Shown here piece by piece: positions 12,254 to 25,697 of a DNA stretch of 64,000 nt (positions are counted from its first letter, which is position 1; the number at the start of each line of letters is the position of its first letter). This DNA is from Felis catus (lineage: Eukaryota): assembly GCF_018350175.1 (NCBI RefSeq), contig NC_058383.1, positions 5,148,001 to 5,212,000 of the forward strand, written 5' to 3'. The notes beneath the pieces are model-generated. The model was not told where the DNA came from, did no database searches, and saw only the letters and a program-made list of their open reading frames with translations. A program made the position numbers and the translations under genes.

Positions 12254-13440
12254 TAAATTTGCTTTTTTTAAAGACAGGTTTTATTGAGTCTGGAAAGAAC
12301 AATTTTTGCCATATGTCCTTTTATGTGTGCAGGGAATGTGTGTAACCATGTATTACTTTTCCAATTAAATTAAGTACCAGCTTTCTTAGAGAAAAAAAAA
12401 AGAAAAACCAACTGCGGGACTTTTCTCTGTCATCTTACCTGATAGTGTCAACGTGACAGAGTGTAGGGGATGTCAGGCAGTGGATCCAAACTGTGGAGTG
12501 CCTTCCCTGGCTGTGTTGGCTGCGGGAAGAGGGCTTGCCTTCTCTGAATGCGCTTCTCCCATTCTTAGTATGGTGTCTGCACGTGTGAGGGCAGCTGCAT
12601 GTCAGATTATGGGACCGCAGAGGTGTTCCGGACGCAGAGAGATGCTGAGAAAACTTCCCCTAAACAGCTGGCGCCACAGCTAAATGTTGGTTTTCTCTGT
12701 ACCTTCCGGATGTCGAGGGAAATATAGGGGCAGTGAGATATATGAATGACAGAACCTGGGCAGAGATCGGTCTAGGGTATTTCATCACCTATTTCTGTTC
12801 CTTTTATTTATCCTTTTTAATGCACCGGGGAGCATCTCCTTGTTTCCTGTTCATACTCCAGCCGGATACCCCAATAGATACTTCCATAAGAGATGGTCCT
12901 GGCTGTCGAATTCCTGAGACTTTTCTTTTTTACTCTCTATTATCACAGATTTCATACCTTAGAATATGAAATGGATAACGGATACCCATATGAAATAGGC
13001 TTAACAATTGTGATCATATTGCTCAATTCTTTTTTTTTTTTTTTTTTTTTTTGCCAGAAGTATTTCAAAGGCAAGCACAGACATCATAGCATTACAGCCC
13101 CTAAATGGGACCGTGTGAAGCTCTAAAGAATGAGAACATTATTCTCCACTTTATCCCATCTTATCAATTGTTTCTTTCTCTCAGACCGGCAAATTCTGGT
13201 CGGAACTACTGGTAAAGTAAGCGGTCGGTACTTTATTTAACTCCTTGAAGACTTAAAGGGACATGAAAAGATGGGCTCCAGGGAAGGATTGTTAAAGATG
13301 TGAGGAGAAGCTCTGGGTCCAGCGTCAGGTCATTCTGTTTGTATTTGTTACCAAGCTGTCACTCGGCTGTCAGCCTGCCCTGTTCGTCCTCTGGGTCGGA
13401 GGGAGGGGCTGGAGGTGGACTTTTCTCAAAGGAAACTGTT

Positions 13441-13920
13441 AGGGCGCCTGGGCGGCTCAGTCGGTTAAGTGCCTGACTCTTGATTTCAGCTCAGGTCATG
13501 ATCTCACGGTTTGTGGGTTTGATCCCCGCATCCAGCTCAGTGCTGACAGTGTGGAGCCTGCTTGGGATTCTCTCTCTCTTTCTCTCCCTCTGCCCCTCTC
13601 CTTCCCTCACTTTCTCTCTCAAACATAAAAAAAAAAAAAAAAAAAAAAACGAAAATGTCTGTTGATGATTAAATGAGCGCTGTGACCCTTTCAGAGTCTT
13701 GTTTTTTTAAAAAACATTTTACTTTTTTTTTTTTTTTTTTTTTGGAGAGAGAGAGCACCAGAGTGCGATGGAGGTCAGGGGGAGAGACAGAGTGTGAGTC
13801 AGAGAGAATCTCCACACTCTGCGTGGTGCCTGACATGGGGCTTGATCCCACAACCCTGGGCTATGACCCGAGCCAAAATCGGGAGTCATACGCTCAACCA
13901 CCTGAGCCACCCACACGCCC
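13441..13920. mobile_element. Tail-to-tail inverted CAN-SINE pair (+ 13441-13650; - 13720-13920)
   Basis: SINEC heads point outward; poly(A) and poly(T) tails about 70 bp apart. Confidence 0.88.
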
Positions 13921-16088
13921 TCACATTCTTGTTTTCCTCTCTGTCCAGTGGAAAACTCAGCAGAAGAAAACTGAAAATAAGAAATCTGTTTGTGTTACTT
14001 AGGGGATCTGGCCAGTGTTTTTCCTTCTTTGCCTTTGACTGTTTTAATTATTAAGCAGCCTTGAATTTTCTGAGCTGAAGTACGCTTGGTGTAGTCCTAT
14101 ATAAAAAAGGCCTTTCTCTGCCTCATCTAAATTCCCAGAGTCGTCATAACTAATTTATGGAAATCACGGGGACACTCAAGGGCCAAGAGTTCTGCCTAGC
14201 TTTTAAAAAAATGTTTTCATTAAAGGTTTAATAATTAGATTTTTATTTGATACCTAGAAGAATATCTTTTGGCAAAAGAAGATTACTGTGGAGCATGACA
14301 CCTGCTTTCAAGGTATCCCATGTGTCCCTGTCTTTCCTCCTAAGAAGAATCTAAATTCCATGTTTATTATTCCAATGATTGTCTCCATCATTTCGCTGCG
14401 TATCTACTCGTACACGTAAGCCACGGGCGTAATTTTTTTGTTTTTGTTTTTGAAATTTGCAGAAAGCATTCATGTTCATATTATTTTCCCGAGATGATCT
14501 GTTTGTGCCTGTTTTTAATTTATTATTATTAATTTTTTACTGTGGTTGGGATGCTCTGACCTGCACGCACAGTGTATGTACCCAGCCCGACCCTGGATGG
14601 GCATTTAGGCCGGTTTTCCTTCTCTTTTTCTTGTACAAAGGGTGTTTCTTTGGCCTCACGATACGTACCTGTGGTTGCAGCGTCTGAGAATTTATCTAGG
14701 ACGCATACCTTGGAGCGCAGTTGCGGCCCATCGCTGGGGCACATCTCTGATACGAACCCACAGCGCTAGGTGGTTTTCCAAAGTGCCCATGCAGGCTTCT
14801 TTTGCTTTCTTTGCTTCTCTCCTTTTCTTTCCCTCTCTCCCTCTTCCCTCCTCCGCCACGCTGCCCTGTTGGGTGGGTCTGACATGCACGCATGTTTTCC
14901 GGGTTTTGTGTTTATCAGTTACGCAGTTCTGCAGGCAGGCAGCGGGGGGAGGAGAGCATCACCCTGCCTCCCCACAGCACCTCTTGCCCCGCAAAGGGAT
15001 GACCGCTCTTTCTGTCTTTCTTGGTATCTGTTTTGCGTGTTAGAGGCTTACCTCCAGTTGGAGAGCACAGGGCTGAAGGTTATCGAAGTACCCAAGTGTG
15101 TCAGGAGGCCTTGTTGACTGACCTCTCTGTGGGGTGCCGTAGGTGTGCTGGTTGCTGGGTGGACCCATACCCAGGAGTCCCCCGACATCAGTATCTTTAC
15201 ATCTAAAGCCGGTCGATGCCGTAGAGAAGACTCTTCCCTCTAGTGTGGGCTGGTGCAGGTGGGTAAAGGGTGGCTGCCAGTAGACCGGGAGCCCCACGGG
15301 GAGAAGACTTGGTGGGGGAGGGGGTGTCAGCGCCACTGGCATCCCTTGTCTCCGGTGTGGTGCCCTCGTGGGTGTGGTGCCCCGGGTCCCTCGTCCACCT
15401 CTGTCTAGAGATGACAGCTCCGTGGAGCTGGAGGACATCAAGGGATCCCATGGCTTTCACACAGCCGCATCCAGAGTTCCTGATGAGCTCACTCTTCTCA
15501 GCCCGCCCCCAGACTTACTTGCTGCAGCCAGTTCCCAAGCCCTTGGGGACCTGGCGTCAGTCAGGTGACGCCTTGCTCTCCCTCCCTGTTGGCTGAAGAT
15601 TCTTCTTCCTCACGTTTGCAAAGCCAGTCGCTGCTGGTCTGGTCTGTCTCCTGGCTTTGAAAACGTGGTCTTTTCCCCATTATCTTTGTCCTCCCGGGTT
15701 GTTGAGTTTTAAGAAATTGCCTCACTTTAGTTTCAGTGAGGTTTACTACCCTGTTAGTAGAGGTCCCGCCCTGAGATTTGAATTTGCATTTCCCCAAAGG
15801 TTAAAAGAATTGACATCTTTTCACACAGCCATTGATCTGTTCCTTTTCAGTTTTGTGCCTGTTTAAGTCTTTTGCCCATTTTCTCAGCATTGGTTTAAAA
15901 TTTATCCCCTTCTTGGTACAAGTACTGTATTCTGGATACCAACTCTTTGACGGTCTGTGGCCTAGCTCTTTATGGTATGGAATTTGGGGGAACAAAGCTC
16001 CTTAATTTTAATGGTGAATTTATTAATATCTGTGTTTGCATAATTTATGTTTTTCCCTGTCTTGCTTAAGAAATCCTTTCGTACCCTT

Positions 16089-16540
16089 AGGGTGCCTGGG
16101 TGGCTCAGTGGCTAAGCGTCTGACTTCTGCTCAGGGTTTGAGGGTTTGAGCCCCGCGTCAGGCTCTGTACTCACAGCTCAGAGCCTGGAGCCTGCTTTGG
16201 ATTCTGTGTCTCCGTCCCTCTTTGCCCCTCCCACTGGTGCTCTGTCTCTGTCTCTCTCTCTCTCTCTCTGAAAAATAAACATTAAAAAAAAAAATTACAA
16301 AAAAAATCTTCTGGGGCATCTGGGTGACTCATTCGGTTAAGCGGTCGACTTCAGCTCAGGTCATGATCTCACAGTTTGTGGGTTCGAGCCCCGCATCAGG
16401 CTCTCTGCTGACAGCTCAGGTCCTGGAGCTTGCTTCAGATTCTGTGTGTCTGTCTCTCTCTCTCTGCTCTTCCCCCGCTCACTCTCTCTGTCTCTCAAAA
16501 AAATAAATAAACGTTAAAAACAAAATTAAAAAAAAAAATC
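16089..16540 (+). mobile_element. Two tandem CAN-SINEs
   Basis: Heads at about 16089 and 16313, each with CT repeat and A tail. Confidence 0.9.
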
Positions 16541-16782
16541 CTTTCCTACTCTGAAACTGTAAATATGCCCTCCTCTGTTGTAAAAACTGTGGTGTTGCCT
16601 TTCACAGTTAAGCCTTTTTTCTCCTTGCAGCTGGTTGAGGATCTGTATGATGATAAGTAGGGATTCAGCTTCATTTTGTATACGGGGTAACTGATGGATC
16701 GCATATAGCACCTGTCACTTATCATTGTGTCCGCCCTGTCTTTTGAAGCCGCAGTGTTAGGTTTCTGTCTGTCTGGGGGCAC

Positions 16783-16853
16783 TTTTTTTTTTTTAAGTTT
16801 ATTTATTTATTTTGAGAGAGAGCGTGCGCAAGAGAGCGGAGGAGGGAGGGAGG

Positions 16854-16906
<53 letters not shown>

Positions 16907-17070
16907 TGAATGAATGAATGAATGAATGAATGAATGAATGAATATCTCAGGCAGGCTCCTTGAAGTCAGCCCAGAGCCCTGACTCTGGGCTTGAACTCAC
17001 AAACTGTGAGATCATGACCTGAGCGCAAGTCAAGAGTGGACGCTTAACGAACTGAGCCACCAGGTGCCCC
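16783..17070 (-). mobile_element. CAN-SINE with expanded (GA)n and (GAAT)n microsatellites
   Basis: TSD tgtctggggg(c/t)actttt; simple repeats at 16855-16942. Confidence 0.9.
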
Positions 17071-17971
17071 TGTCTGGGGGTACTTTTCTGGCTACAGTCT
17101 TCGGGTGCGTTGGTCAGCATGTCTACCTCTGCACCATGACTGTATTCTCTTAATCTGTTTGTAGAAGCTCTACGTGCTCTCTTGCTATTTAATCAGATTC
17201 TTAACCTTTTGTTTCTTTAAACAAATTAATGAAATAGGAATTAAATGTACAATAGAGGAGTATTAAAAATCAAAAGCTCTTTGAAAAGCTTGATGAGACA
17301 CCAGTTGCCACACAATTAAAGAAAAGAGACGTAGCAGGAATGGGGGAGGTTAATCATTAAGAAGAAGATATTATGAACAACTCTCTGCCAATAATAATAA
17401 TTTAAAAACTTCAATTACCCATGTACTGGCCGCCCTCCACCCACTTCTCTCTGCCGTTCTGGAATGTATTTCCTGCCACCCAGCCTTCTCAGAAGGAACC
17501 GTTATCAGGAACTTGGTGTCTATCGTTCCTGTGTGTGCCTGTTCTGCTGGACATACACGGCATGTCTGCAGGACGTTTATGAAGCACGTGCTCGATTTTC
17601 AGCCTCTACAAACAGGCCCGTGTACGCTCTGCAGCTGGCTTTCTCAGCACCGTCTTCTGAGGCGCACCTGTGTTGGTAGACTGAGTTCAGCCATTTTTTA
17701 TTGTTGCGTAGGATTCTTCTTTCTAAATATACCACCATTTATTCATCATTAGTGGATATTTGGGTGGGTTTTCTATTACAAGCAATGCTGCTATGAGTAT
17801 CTTACATGGGGTGTATATGGTGGGGTTCTCTTGGGGATAGATGCCCACCTACCTGCTTACAGGCCCTGCTGGCTTGTTCACATGCCCGTCTTCAACCGGA
17901 CGAGGTATTGTCAACTTGTGCTCCAGAGTGGTGGTAGTTTAATTGTTGAATTTGATTTTTTTGTCTTCCAG

Positions 17972-18054
17972 TGCCTGAAGACCTCTCACTGGAAGAGAGA
18001 GAAGAACTTTTAGACATTCGTCGAAGAAAAAAGGAACTTATTGATGACATTGAG
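17972..18054 (+). CDS. CYTH3: CYTH3 exon 2 (83 nt), coiled-coil start: (V)PEDLSLEEREELLDIRRRKKELIDDIE
   Basis: Acceptor ttgtcttccag, donor GAG|gtaaaa; phase 1 to 0. Confidence 0.95.
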
Positions 18055-19057
18055 GTAAAAAAAAAAGAAAAAAAAAGGCCACAACCAAAAATTCCCCTTA
18101 GTTTTTGCTTTTAGGTAAAATGATCACGTAGCTTCGTGAAAGTGTAAAACCTGGGTATGTTGTGTGTCTGTATCCTAATATGTGAAGAGACAGGGAAAGA
18201 GTTACCCAAGTCAGTCAGGCAGAGGTGGTGATTTCTGGGCAGCGTAGACTCGGGGGTGCAAATGCAGACACCACGGAACCGGAGTCAGCAGCAAGCGACA
18301 CGTGACTCCAGAGTCCTAAAAGGGCACTTCTGAACAGTGGCAGCAGTCGACAGATTCACCGCTCTTTCAAATTGAAGAAGCCCCTGTTTCGTTTGCCAAC
18401 ATCCCCGGCATCTAGAACATTCTGTCACATTTTTGGCATGCAGATGTCCTTTGACTGAATGAGTCAGTGTGCCGCCACTGAGCTGGTGGCAGCAGGGCGA
18501 CAAGACGCGGCGGACGCCATACTTGCCACGTGTGTGTGCGCGGAGCACGGGGAGAGCGGGCCCTGCAGGAGGAGCAGAGGGGCCAGACCGTAGCCTCAGC
18601 CTCAGAGCGTCCGGGGCCGCGGCAGAAATGATCCGGGAGGCCAGGGCTGCTTCCACTTGGGGCTTCCTCGAGGAAGGTACTCAGACACAGGGCCCTTCTC
18701 GGAGAAGCTTCTTAATCTTAGTGACGCCAAGATAAATGTGGCCTCGCAGGCCACTTGCTGCAAGAGCAAGCCGGGTCCACATAGCAGCTCCTTCCTAGGA
18801 GCCCGTGTCTGAAGTCTGAACTTCCTTGGTGAAGAAAAGAGTGGTATTCCAAATAAAAATTTCTCTGTATTTGGAAGATAATCTGTGGAACTGTATCTTG
18901 CAAGGTTACCCTTCCTTCTTGTAAAAATCACCGTATCCTAGAATGGGTGCTTTGGTTGAGGAATAAGAATGTATCTTAAGGTTCATGGTCCTATTTGGAC
19001 ATGAATAATGGTAGTGCCTGTGGAACCTTATGTAGCTCTAATGACCTAATTAAAAAA

Positions 19058-19266
19058 GTGTTTTTAAGTTTAAGAGACAGAGCAAGTGGGGGAGGGGCAG
19101 AGAGAGAGAGAGAGAGAGGGAGAAAGGGAATGCCAAGCAGGCTCCGTGCTGTTAGTGTGAATCCTGATGTGGGGCTCACACTCACAAACTGTGAGATCAC
19201 GAGATTGTGACCTGAGCCAAAATCAAGAGTCGGACACTTAACCGGCTGAACCACCTGGGCACCCCT
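19058..19266 (-). mobile_element. CAN-SINE
   Basis: TSD taatgacct on both sides. Confidence 0.88.
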
Positions 19267-19957
19267 AATGACCTCATTTTTGAGTTGAGAACATTGAGGC
19301 CCAGAGAGGTTAAGAGGGCTGCCAACGGCCTCTCAGCCAGTAAGTGGCAGAGCCACATGGAGGGACAGGGGAGCCTGTCCCCTCTGCTGTTCTTGACGTA
19401 TCCAAGTGCCACAGGTGATTTCTGCTGTCACCTCCTGGGCTCTGTCCATGGTGCTCTGTGTCGGGCAGAGTGGTGGACCTCACTCTGCGACTGGCGGTTA
19501 GGGACCTGATACTGGTCTCTGCACGTTTAAGCTGCACCTTCTCCCTCCTCTTCGCAAGAGCTGAGGCGGCCCCGGGGCCGGGGGAGGAGTTGAAGAGCTG
19601 CAGGGAGTGAGCTGAGGACTCACCACTTCCCTTTGCTCTTGTGTCTTGCCACACCTGTGACGTCCTCCCCAGTGTCGCTTCTGGATTTTGCACACAGATA
19701 CTCTAGAATCTGCCTGGGTGACCCCTCCCTGCTTGTCCTTGATGAGCGGATGGACGATAGTGTGTTTTCTCCAGAGCTGGGGCTGCACCCGCCCAGAGGC
19801 TCTCTCTCTGCATGGATAGAAAGTACTGATGTTTCCAGACCTGGGATGTCTGGATGGGGCCTCGGGGCAGCTTGTGTCCGAAGGCTAAGATTTCTCTGAG
19901 TCTAGGAGGGGAAGGTAAAGACCCCTGCCCTCCAATTTCTTTCTTCTGTTTTCGCAG

Positions 19958-20022
19958 AGGCTGAAATACGAAATTGCTGAAGTTATGACGGAGATTGACA
20001 ATCTAACTTCAGTGGAAGAAAG
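19958..20022 (+). CDS. CYTH3: CYTH3 exon 3 (65 nt): RLKYEIAEVMTEIDNLTSVEE(S)
   Basis: Acceptor ttttcgcag, donor AAG|gtaaac; phase 0 to 2. Confidence 0.95.
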
Positions 20023-20616
20023 GTAAACAGTTGGTGTCACACTGCCCAGTAGCCAACCTCTTTTCTTGGTTTCCAGCTGTGGTGACCGCCGCAGGGGCAG
20101 GGCCACAGATACAGCAGGGGCAGAGATTACAGCCTCCAGGGCGGGGCCGCAGCAGGGGCTGTAAAGTTGGGATCCTGAAGTGGGGCAGCCCTTGTGAGGT
20201 GGTTGATTGCTCTGCTCTCTTCCCCTCACCCCTTCCTCCTTTCCTCGGAGGAGTTGGGGTCCTTCTCTCCTCTCCCTTCCCGGGGAAGCACAGGCCCTTC
20301 CACATTAACCTCCAAAGAAGCAGCCTTTCTGTACAGAAGGGAACTATGCTTTCCTTAAGTCACTGTTTCTTAGTCATTATTAGCTTTTTCTGAAGAAGTA
20401 ATCAAATGTAGAAAAGAGCCCGGCAGCCTTGTGTGCCGCTTCTGCGATGGGCGGGAGGGGGGGGATAGGGAGGTGGGGGGTGGGCGGAGTGGGCAGATGG
20501 AGGGCTGGGGGCGTCTGGGTGGTTTTCTGCAGCGGAAGTACCAGAGGAGATTGTGTTCCCTTTTGCACTTGGTGCAAACGTCAGCTGATGATTTCTCAAC
20601 TGTCTCAAATGTGTAG

Positions 20617-20683
20617 CAAAACTACCCAGAGGAACAAGCAGATAGCTATGGGGAGGAAGAAATTCAACATGGATCCCAAAAAG
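20617..20683 (+). CDS. CYTH3: CYTH3 exon 4 (67 nt): (S)KTTQRNKQIAMGRKKFNMDPKK, start of Sec7 domain
   Basis: Acceptor aatgtgtag, donor AAG|gtaagc; same peptide inside ORF 20429..20782. Confidence 0.95.
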
Positions 20684-21509
20684 GTAAGCAGACATTCTAG
20701 TTTTCTGGCCTGCAAGAGATTGAGCGATTCATCCATTTTAATGGTTCTCTCCTTCTGGACAAAGGTGGTCATACCCTCATAAAAATACTGAGTGATGTTA
20801 AATTTTTATCACGAAGGGGCTGCTGGTGAGTTGGGGGGAAGCAAAAGTGCCCATTGACCTGGTGTCTGGGCCCAAAGACCTTTCTTTGCGCGTGAGGCTC
20901 AGGGTAAGGATGGGCCTCCTGGGAGTGGCCAGCGTGTGTGGGCCTCACTGGGGCCAGGCTGAGAGGTGGAGGTCTTCCTGCTGATGTACAGCCTGAAGCC
21001 CAGGGTGGGGGGGGGGGGTGCTTGGTCAGCCAGCGGGCAGGGCTGCAGCTGGTGTGTTGGGTCTGGAGAGGGGGGTGGGTGTTCAATCGTTCACCTCAGA
21101 GGACTTGATTCCTTCCGTTCACCTTCGAGAGAGAAGATGTCTGCCTGAGACTGAGGAACTCTCCTGGTTTAAGCCACTACCTGGTCTTTCCTCAAGTTGG
21201 ATTTTCTAGGAAAACGCCTGAAGAAGGTGAAACCTTCAACACAAAGCTGCTTGTCTCTGAGGGTGAAATGAAATTGTCAGTGGGAATGATTTTGTGAATT
21301 TGATAACGACTTGAGGTTTGGAGTTAGAAGCAGTTTTGTTTTTTCCCTTAGGAGTTAGTTGGGTTTACAGAGTTGACTTAATCAGATTTGGTAAGCAGTG
21401 GAAACATCTTGAGAGATATATCACTTGTTCTAAGTTATAGCACATGATAGCATGCCAATACGTTCATGGATGAATTCAGGTCCTCCGCACAAAGGACACA
21501 CAAATACAC

Positions 21510-21924
21510 TTATTATTATTTATTTTTTTTAAGTTTGTTTATTTTGAGAAAGCAAGAATCCCAAGCAGCCTCTGCACTGTCAGCGTGGAGCCTGATGAGG
21601 CGCTCGAACTCAGGAACCGTGAGATCATGACCTGAGCTGAAATCAAGAGTTGGACCCTTAACTGACAGGCCACCCAGGCGCCCGCAAATACGCTTGTTTA
21701 TTTAATTAATTAATTAATTTAATGTTTATTTATTTTTGAGACAGAGACAGAGCACGAGTGGGGGAGGGTAGAGAAGGGGGGGTGGGTAGACACAGAATCC
21801 GAAGGAGCCTCCAGGCTCCGAGCTGTCAGCACAGAGCCTGACACGGGGCTCGAACTCACGGACTGTGAGACCATGACCTGAGCTGAAGTCCGACGCTTAA
21901 CCGACTGAGCCACCCAGGCGCCCC
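21510..21924 (-). mobile_element. Two tandem CAN-SINEs
   Basis: Target motif caaata(c/t)(a/g)ctt recurs at 21501, 21685 and 21924. Confidence 0.88.
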
Positions 21925-22564
21925 AAATATGCTTATTTTTTTAGTGCTGCTGCCACTCTGCAGGAGTTCTGTCAGGTTCTTGCCTGTGTCCTTGTTCTAC
22001 GTGTACCGGGAATCAGAGTTACAGTAATAAGGGCAGACGTAGATTGAACTTGCCACGTGTCAGGAACTGTCTAGCACAGCACTGAATTAGTATACTTAAC
22101 CTTATGGGGTAGGTTCCATTTTTAATTCCTGTTTCACAGTTGGGGAAAGTGAGGCACAGAGCCACTGAGACTTGCCTAGTGTCTTGAGCAAGGAATCCAC
22201 TTGAGACTCAGGCCCATAACCACTGCACTTAGCTCCTGCAGGACTCTGGGGTTGGTTTGTAGGTAGCCCTGAGCCCAGCTGGGAGGTCCCAGAGCCCTGG
22301 TCAGCCGTGTGGATCTGTCCACGTCCACGGAGGGGTGCTCACCTGCTTTGCTTTGGCTGTGGCGAGTTGCTCTACAGGCTTCATTTTGTGTACATACCTC
22401 TCCACCTGAAGGATTTTTAAAATATTCATCATGGGTTCTGTCCAGCAACTTATTATGTTGCTCAGTAAAGGCAGATGGCAAATTTAGTCTATATGTGGTC
22501 TTTTGCGGGGAAAAATTATCAAAGTTCCCTGGTCTGGTAGATGATTATAGCACTTCCCTGAGTC

Positions 22565-22925
22565 CACTGAGTCGGCTTGGGCCGCCATAACCAAATACCG
22601 TAGACTGGTGGCTTACGCGATAGACATTTTCACAGTCTGGATGTTGGAAATCGGATCACGATGCCAGCGCGGCCAGGTTCTGGTGAGAGCTCTTCTCCTG
22701 ACTTCAGACGGCCGCCTCCTCACTGTGTCCTCACATGGTGGAGAAAAAGCAGGAGAGAGCTCCCTGGTGTCTCTTCTTACAAGGGCACCAGTTCCATCAG
22801 GTAGGAGCCCTGCTCAGATGACGTCATCTAACTCTAATTGCCTCCCAGAGGCCCACTTCCTGACACCATCACTGGGGGGGGGGGGGGGGGGTTAAAGCTT
22901 CAAGATTGGAATTTTTGGGACACAC
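22565..22925. mobile_element. MLT1-type (MaLR) solo LTR
   Basis: gccgccataaccaaataccgtagactggtggctta...ttctggtgagagctct...tgtgtcctcacatgg, characteristic of MLT1. Confidence 0.8.
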
Positions 22926-24389
22926 ACACATTCGGTAAGAGGAGAAGTTGATTCAGTCGAGGAAGCTGGAGACATTCGCCAGCCTCTCTTATTCGCAGTT
23001 TCCTAGAGATGCCTTTAAAAATACAACGTATAAATCTGTAACAAGCACGAGTTCACCCAGTGGACTAGAAGTTGAGGGAACCCAGAAAGACAAAAGATGA
23101 ACAGTAGTCCAAGGTATACTCAGGAAAAATTGCTCTGGGAAAGGAGAGCCGTGTCGGGTTCGGCTCCCTTGGGCGGCAGGGGTGGGTCCTGGGACCGTAG
23201 AGGGGACGTCCAGACTGTTTGCCCTGGCTGCGTTTGCGCCAGGCGGTGGCATGTGCCCCCAGGTGGGAGAGCAGGCGTCTCTTCTCGTCTGGCCTCACCG
23301 AGGAGGAGAAACCCCCACTCCCAGAGACCAGTTTCTGAGCACCCCCCTGGGCCCGTCACCCACTCCGGAAACCAATGGCGTTCGGTTTGGCCACCGGAGA
23401 ACCTTCGGTACAAAGGTGAACGCGCAACCAGGAATCACCAAATGTACAAGCTGCTTGACCTCGTGGGAGAGACGTGAAACTCCAGGAACAGAACCAACAT
23501 GGAAATGTTAAAAGTAGGGCAGTTTTGTGTATTATTATACATCGCATCAGAGATGATAGCGTGTTGCTTGTCCTCAGTGCAAAAACGGAGTTGTGGAAAA
23601 GATCTCCGCCATCTCCGCAAAGCCTGACATGGGGCTCGAACCCCCGAACCATGAGATCATGACCTGAGCCAAAGTCGGACACTCAGCTGACTGTTGAGTG
23701 AAGAATGACACCCTTAGAAACCTGTGGCACGGAGCAGGGATGGGGCCACGGGCAGGCTGGGCCGTGGCGCTACGTGGTTCTCTCCGGAGCTCTGGGCAGG
23801 TCCGCAAAATTGGGGAGCATGTCGGGCAGCCCCGCTTTCATTGAGCAGAAGTCCCAGGAGGAGAGAACAGAAGCCAGAGTGGAGGATGTATTTCAAAGAA
23901 ATACTGGAATATTTCTGAACTAGATTAAGATAAAACCCTCAAATTTAAAGGGCTCACTGTAGGCCAAGCAGGATAAAGGTTTAAAAAACTTGTACATAGA
24001 AATGTCAAGTAAAATGCCAGGAAACTTGTGGATAAAGAGAAAATCACTGGCTTTCCAGGGACGAAAGACCAGATTAAGAAGAAAGGAATCACAACAGCAA
24101 CACTGGATAAAAGACAGCAGGGAGGAGGCGGGACTTAAAACCTAGAATTCCGTGTATCAAGACTGTTGCCCATGAGGAAACCAGTGAGGACACTTCAGAT
24201 ACGCAAGGACTCATGAAAGTAACCGCAAGGACCTTCTGGGAGCAGTGCACCTGGAAAAAACCACGAATCCAAGAGCAGCTGCAGGACCAAGCGGGACAGA
24301 CGCAGAGAAGCCAGCAAACGTTCAGTTAAGTCTAAGTGAGAGATTGGTGAAGGAGTATTTTCAAACCAAAGGCCTAGATTATCTCCATA

Positions 24390-25697
24390 CGGTTCACCCT
24401 TGAACAGCACGGGTTTGAGTGCAAGAGTCCAGTGAACACCTGGATTTTTGTTTTCGGTACGTACAGTTCAGCCCTGTGAATGTATTTTCTCCCCATGAAT
24501 TTCTCAGTGACGTTTTCTTTTCTCCAGCTAACTATGCTAAGACTGTTATTATGATATCGTAACCTTGTGATACTATTGTAGGAATATAGTACATAATGTA
24601 TATAAGGTATAAAATGGGGTAATTGACTGCTTATGTTATCGGTAAGGTTTCTGGTCAACAGTAGGCTTTTAGTAGTGGGTTTTCTGGGAGTCCAAAGTTA
24701 CGGGCCTCCTGGTTCGTTCAGTCAGTTGAGTATCCAACTTCAGCTCAGGTCATGATCTCACGGTTCATGGGTTTGAGCCCCGTGTTGGGCTTTGCACAGA
24801 CAGTGTGGAGCCTACTTCGGGTTCTCTGTCTCCCTCTCTCTTTGCCCCTCCCCATGCACATTTTTTCTCTCTCTCAAAAAATAAGCAGTACAATTTTTTT
24901 TTTATTTAAAAGTTACTTGCAGGGGCGCCTGGGCGGCTCAGTTAAGCATCCACCTTCGGTTCAGGTCATGATCTCACGGCTCATGAGTTTGAGCTGTGCG
25001 TCGGGCTCTGTGCTGACAGCTCAGAGCCTGGAGCCTGCTTCAGATTCTGTGTCTTCCTCTCTCTCTCTGCCCTTCCCCAGCTCACACTCTGTCTCTCTCT
25101 CTCAAAAATAAATGTTTAAAAAAATCTTTTTAATTTTTTTTAAATGTTTATTTAATTTTTTGAGAGAGAGGGAGAGAAACAGATCATGAGCAGGGGAAGG
25201 GCAGAGAGAGAGAGACACACACACACACAGAATCGGAAGCAGGCTCCAGGCTCCGAGCTGTCAGCAGATTCCGACACAGGGCTCGAACCCATGAACTGTA
25301 AGATCATGACCTGAGCCGAAGTCAGCAGCTTAACCGACTGAGCCACCCAGGTGCCCCTAAAAATCTTTTTTTTGTTTTTTTAATTTTTTTTTCAACGTTT
25401 TTTATTTATTTTTGGGACAGAGAGAGACAGAGCATGAACGGGGGAGGGGCAGAGAGAGAGGGAGACACAGAATCGGAAACAGGCTCCAGGCTCCAGGCTC
25501 CGAGCCATCAGCCCAGAGCCCGACATGGGGCTCGAACTCACGGACCGTGAGATCGTGACCTGGCTGAAGTCGGACACTCAACCGACTGCGCCACCCAGGC
25601 GCCCCCCTAAAAATCTTTTTTAAAAAAGATTTATGCAGACTTTTGACTCTGTGGAGTGTTGGAGCCCCTACCCCCTGCATTGTTCGAGGGTCAACTG
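24390..25697. mobile_element. Tigger2-like Tc1/mariner non-autonomous element containing four inserted CAN-SINEs (+ 24702-24885, + 24922-25124, - 25127-25357, - 25365-25606)
   Basis: Inverted ends cggttcacccttgaaca / tgttcgagggtcaactg, each flanked by TA. Confidence 0.8.
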
